A stretch of DNA of 6,242 nucleotides from a virus (Duplodnaviria > Heunggongvirae > Uroviricota > Caudoviricetes): the IMG/VR virus record IMGVR_UViG_2703718819_000019. One strand, written 5' to 3'. Below are positions 5,736-6,242 of the stretch, in pieces. The translations under genes and the position numbers were made by a program. The stretch's first letter is position 1. Each line of letters opens with the position of its first letter. The notes below the pieces were generated by a model that worked only from the letters and a program-made list of their open reading frames with translations, did no database searches and was not told where the DNA came from.

Positions 5736-6242
5736 ATGATCCTTGACCAAGAATGGATCCTTGCCAGTGACTTGTTGGGGGTTGGAGGTCTTCCTTCATC
5801 TCTGGCTGGGCTTCATAAACGAGCAAAAAATGAAGGATGGGAAAAACGTTCGGTAACTACACCCGGTATCAGAGGGAGAGCATTTGCCTACCGTTTAAGC
5901 GACTTACCTGCACATGTAGTTTCCATCATTACAGGTAGTGCAGAAATAAAACACCAAGCCCCTAAAAAGAACGGTGGCAATAGCGAGTTGCTCGAACTCA
6001 TCGACACCTTGAACCAAGAAGAGCAAGAATTAGTTATTTACACCTTGAGAAGGAAAGGGGTAGAAAAATTGCTGGAATTCTGCAATCAAGAGAATCAAGA
6101 GCTGATCGCTTTAACAGGTATTCGACGCCTGGCAGCATTGAGCCTCAATAATTTATCAGATCAAAAGGTTAGAGAGATTTTCGAGGGAGATGAAACCAAG
6201 GATCATCATTTCAATCTAACCCATAAAGAAGCCAAAGCGTAA
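5736..6242 (+). CDS. c: Mu repressor c-like protein (Rep/CI of transposable phages)
   Basis: The track ORF is 5724..6242. GGAG at 5726-5729 sits 6 nt before the ATG at 5736, so 5736 is the more likely start. The N-terminal motif GLPSSLAGLHKRAKNEGWEKR parallels the transposase N-terminus (DLPSSLAGLHKKAKREAWKTR), the known Mu Rep/MuA shared DNA-binding domain. Divergent orientation from ner. TAA stop at 6240-6242. Confidence 0.8.
   Translation: MILDQEWILASDLLGVGGLPSSLAGLHKRAKNEGWEKRSVTTPGIRGRAFAYRLSDLPAHVVSIITGSAEIKHQAPKKNGGNSELLELIDTLNQEEQELVIYTLRRKGVEKLLEFCNQENQELIALTGIRRLAALSLNNLSDQKVREIFEGDETKDHHFNLTHKEAKA

Larger units (their letters stand above)
1..6242. mobile_element. Mu-like transposable prophage, early region (partial; neither prophage end is in the window)
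   Basis: Gene content and order c / ner-A-B-small ORFs-gam matches the left arm of phage Mu (established knowledge). The transposase has DDE signature segments, the B protein has Walker A/B motifs, and Gam is near-collinear with Mu Gam as I recall it. Orientation is inverted relative to the conventional Mu map, so attL would lie beyond position 6242. Confidence 0.8.

Noticed and set aside
6100-6242. Prophage end (attL-type terminal repeat) near the c gene
   Set aside because: The window ends at the c stop codon. In Mu the left end lies beyond c, so any terminal transposase-binding repeats would be outside the window, and none can be identified inside it.

Overview
This window is the early (left-arm) region of a Mu-like transposable prophage, read in reverse orientation. 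On the minus strand a tightly packed operon runs ner -> A (DDE transposase) -> B (AAA+ target-DNA activator) -> five small ORFs of unknown function -> gam (Ku-like DNA-end binding protein) -> one further ORF that runs off the window start. The repressor c gene is divergently transcribed on the plus strand (5724/5736..6242) across a ~220 bp, very AT-rich operator/enhancer region (5506..5723). A, B, gam, ner and c are recognised from my memory of the phage Mu proteins and from motifs visible in the translations; no search was run. The most interesting part is the small-ORF cassette between B and gam (850..2194): the Mu 'semi-essential' accessory slot, here holding a repeated small-protein motif family (FEF/FEY core) with nucleotide-level traces of duplication. 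Also notable are a phased 13-bp direct-repeat array plus an IHF-consensus match in the operator region, and a compositional break suggesting the immunity cassette (c, operators, ner, 5' end of A) was exchanged as a unit. No tRNA, rRNA or CRISPR array is visible, and no prophage end (attL) lies inside the window.
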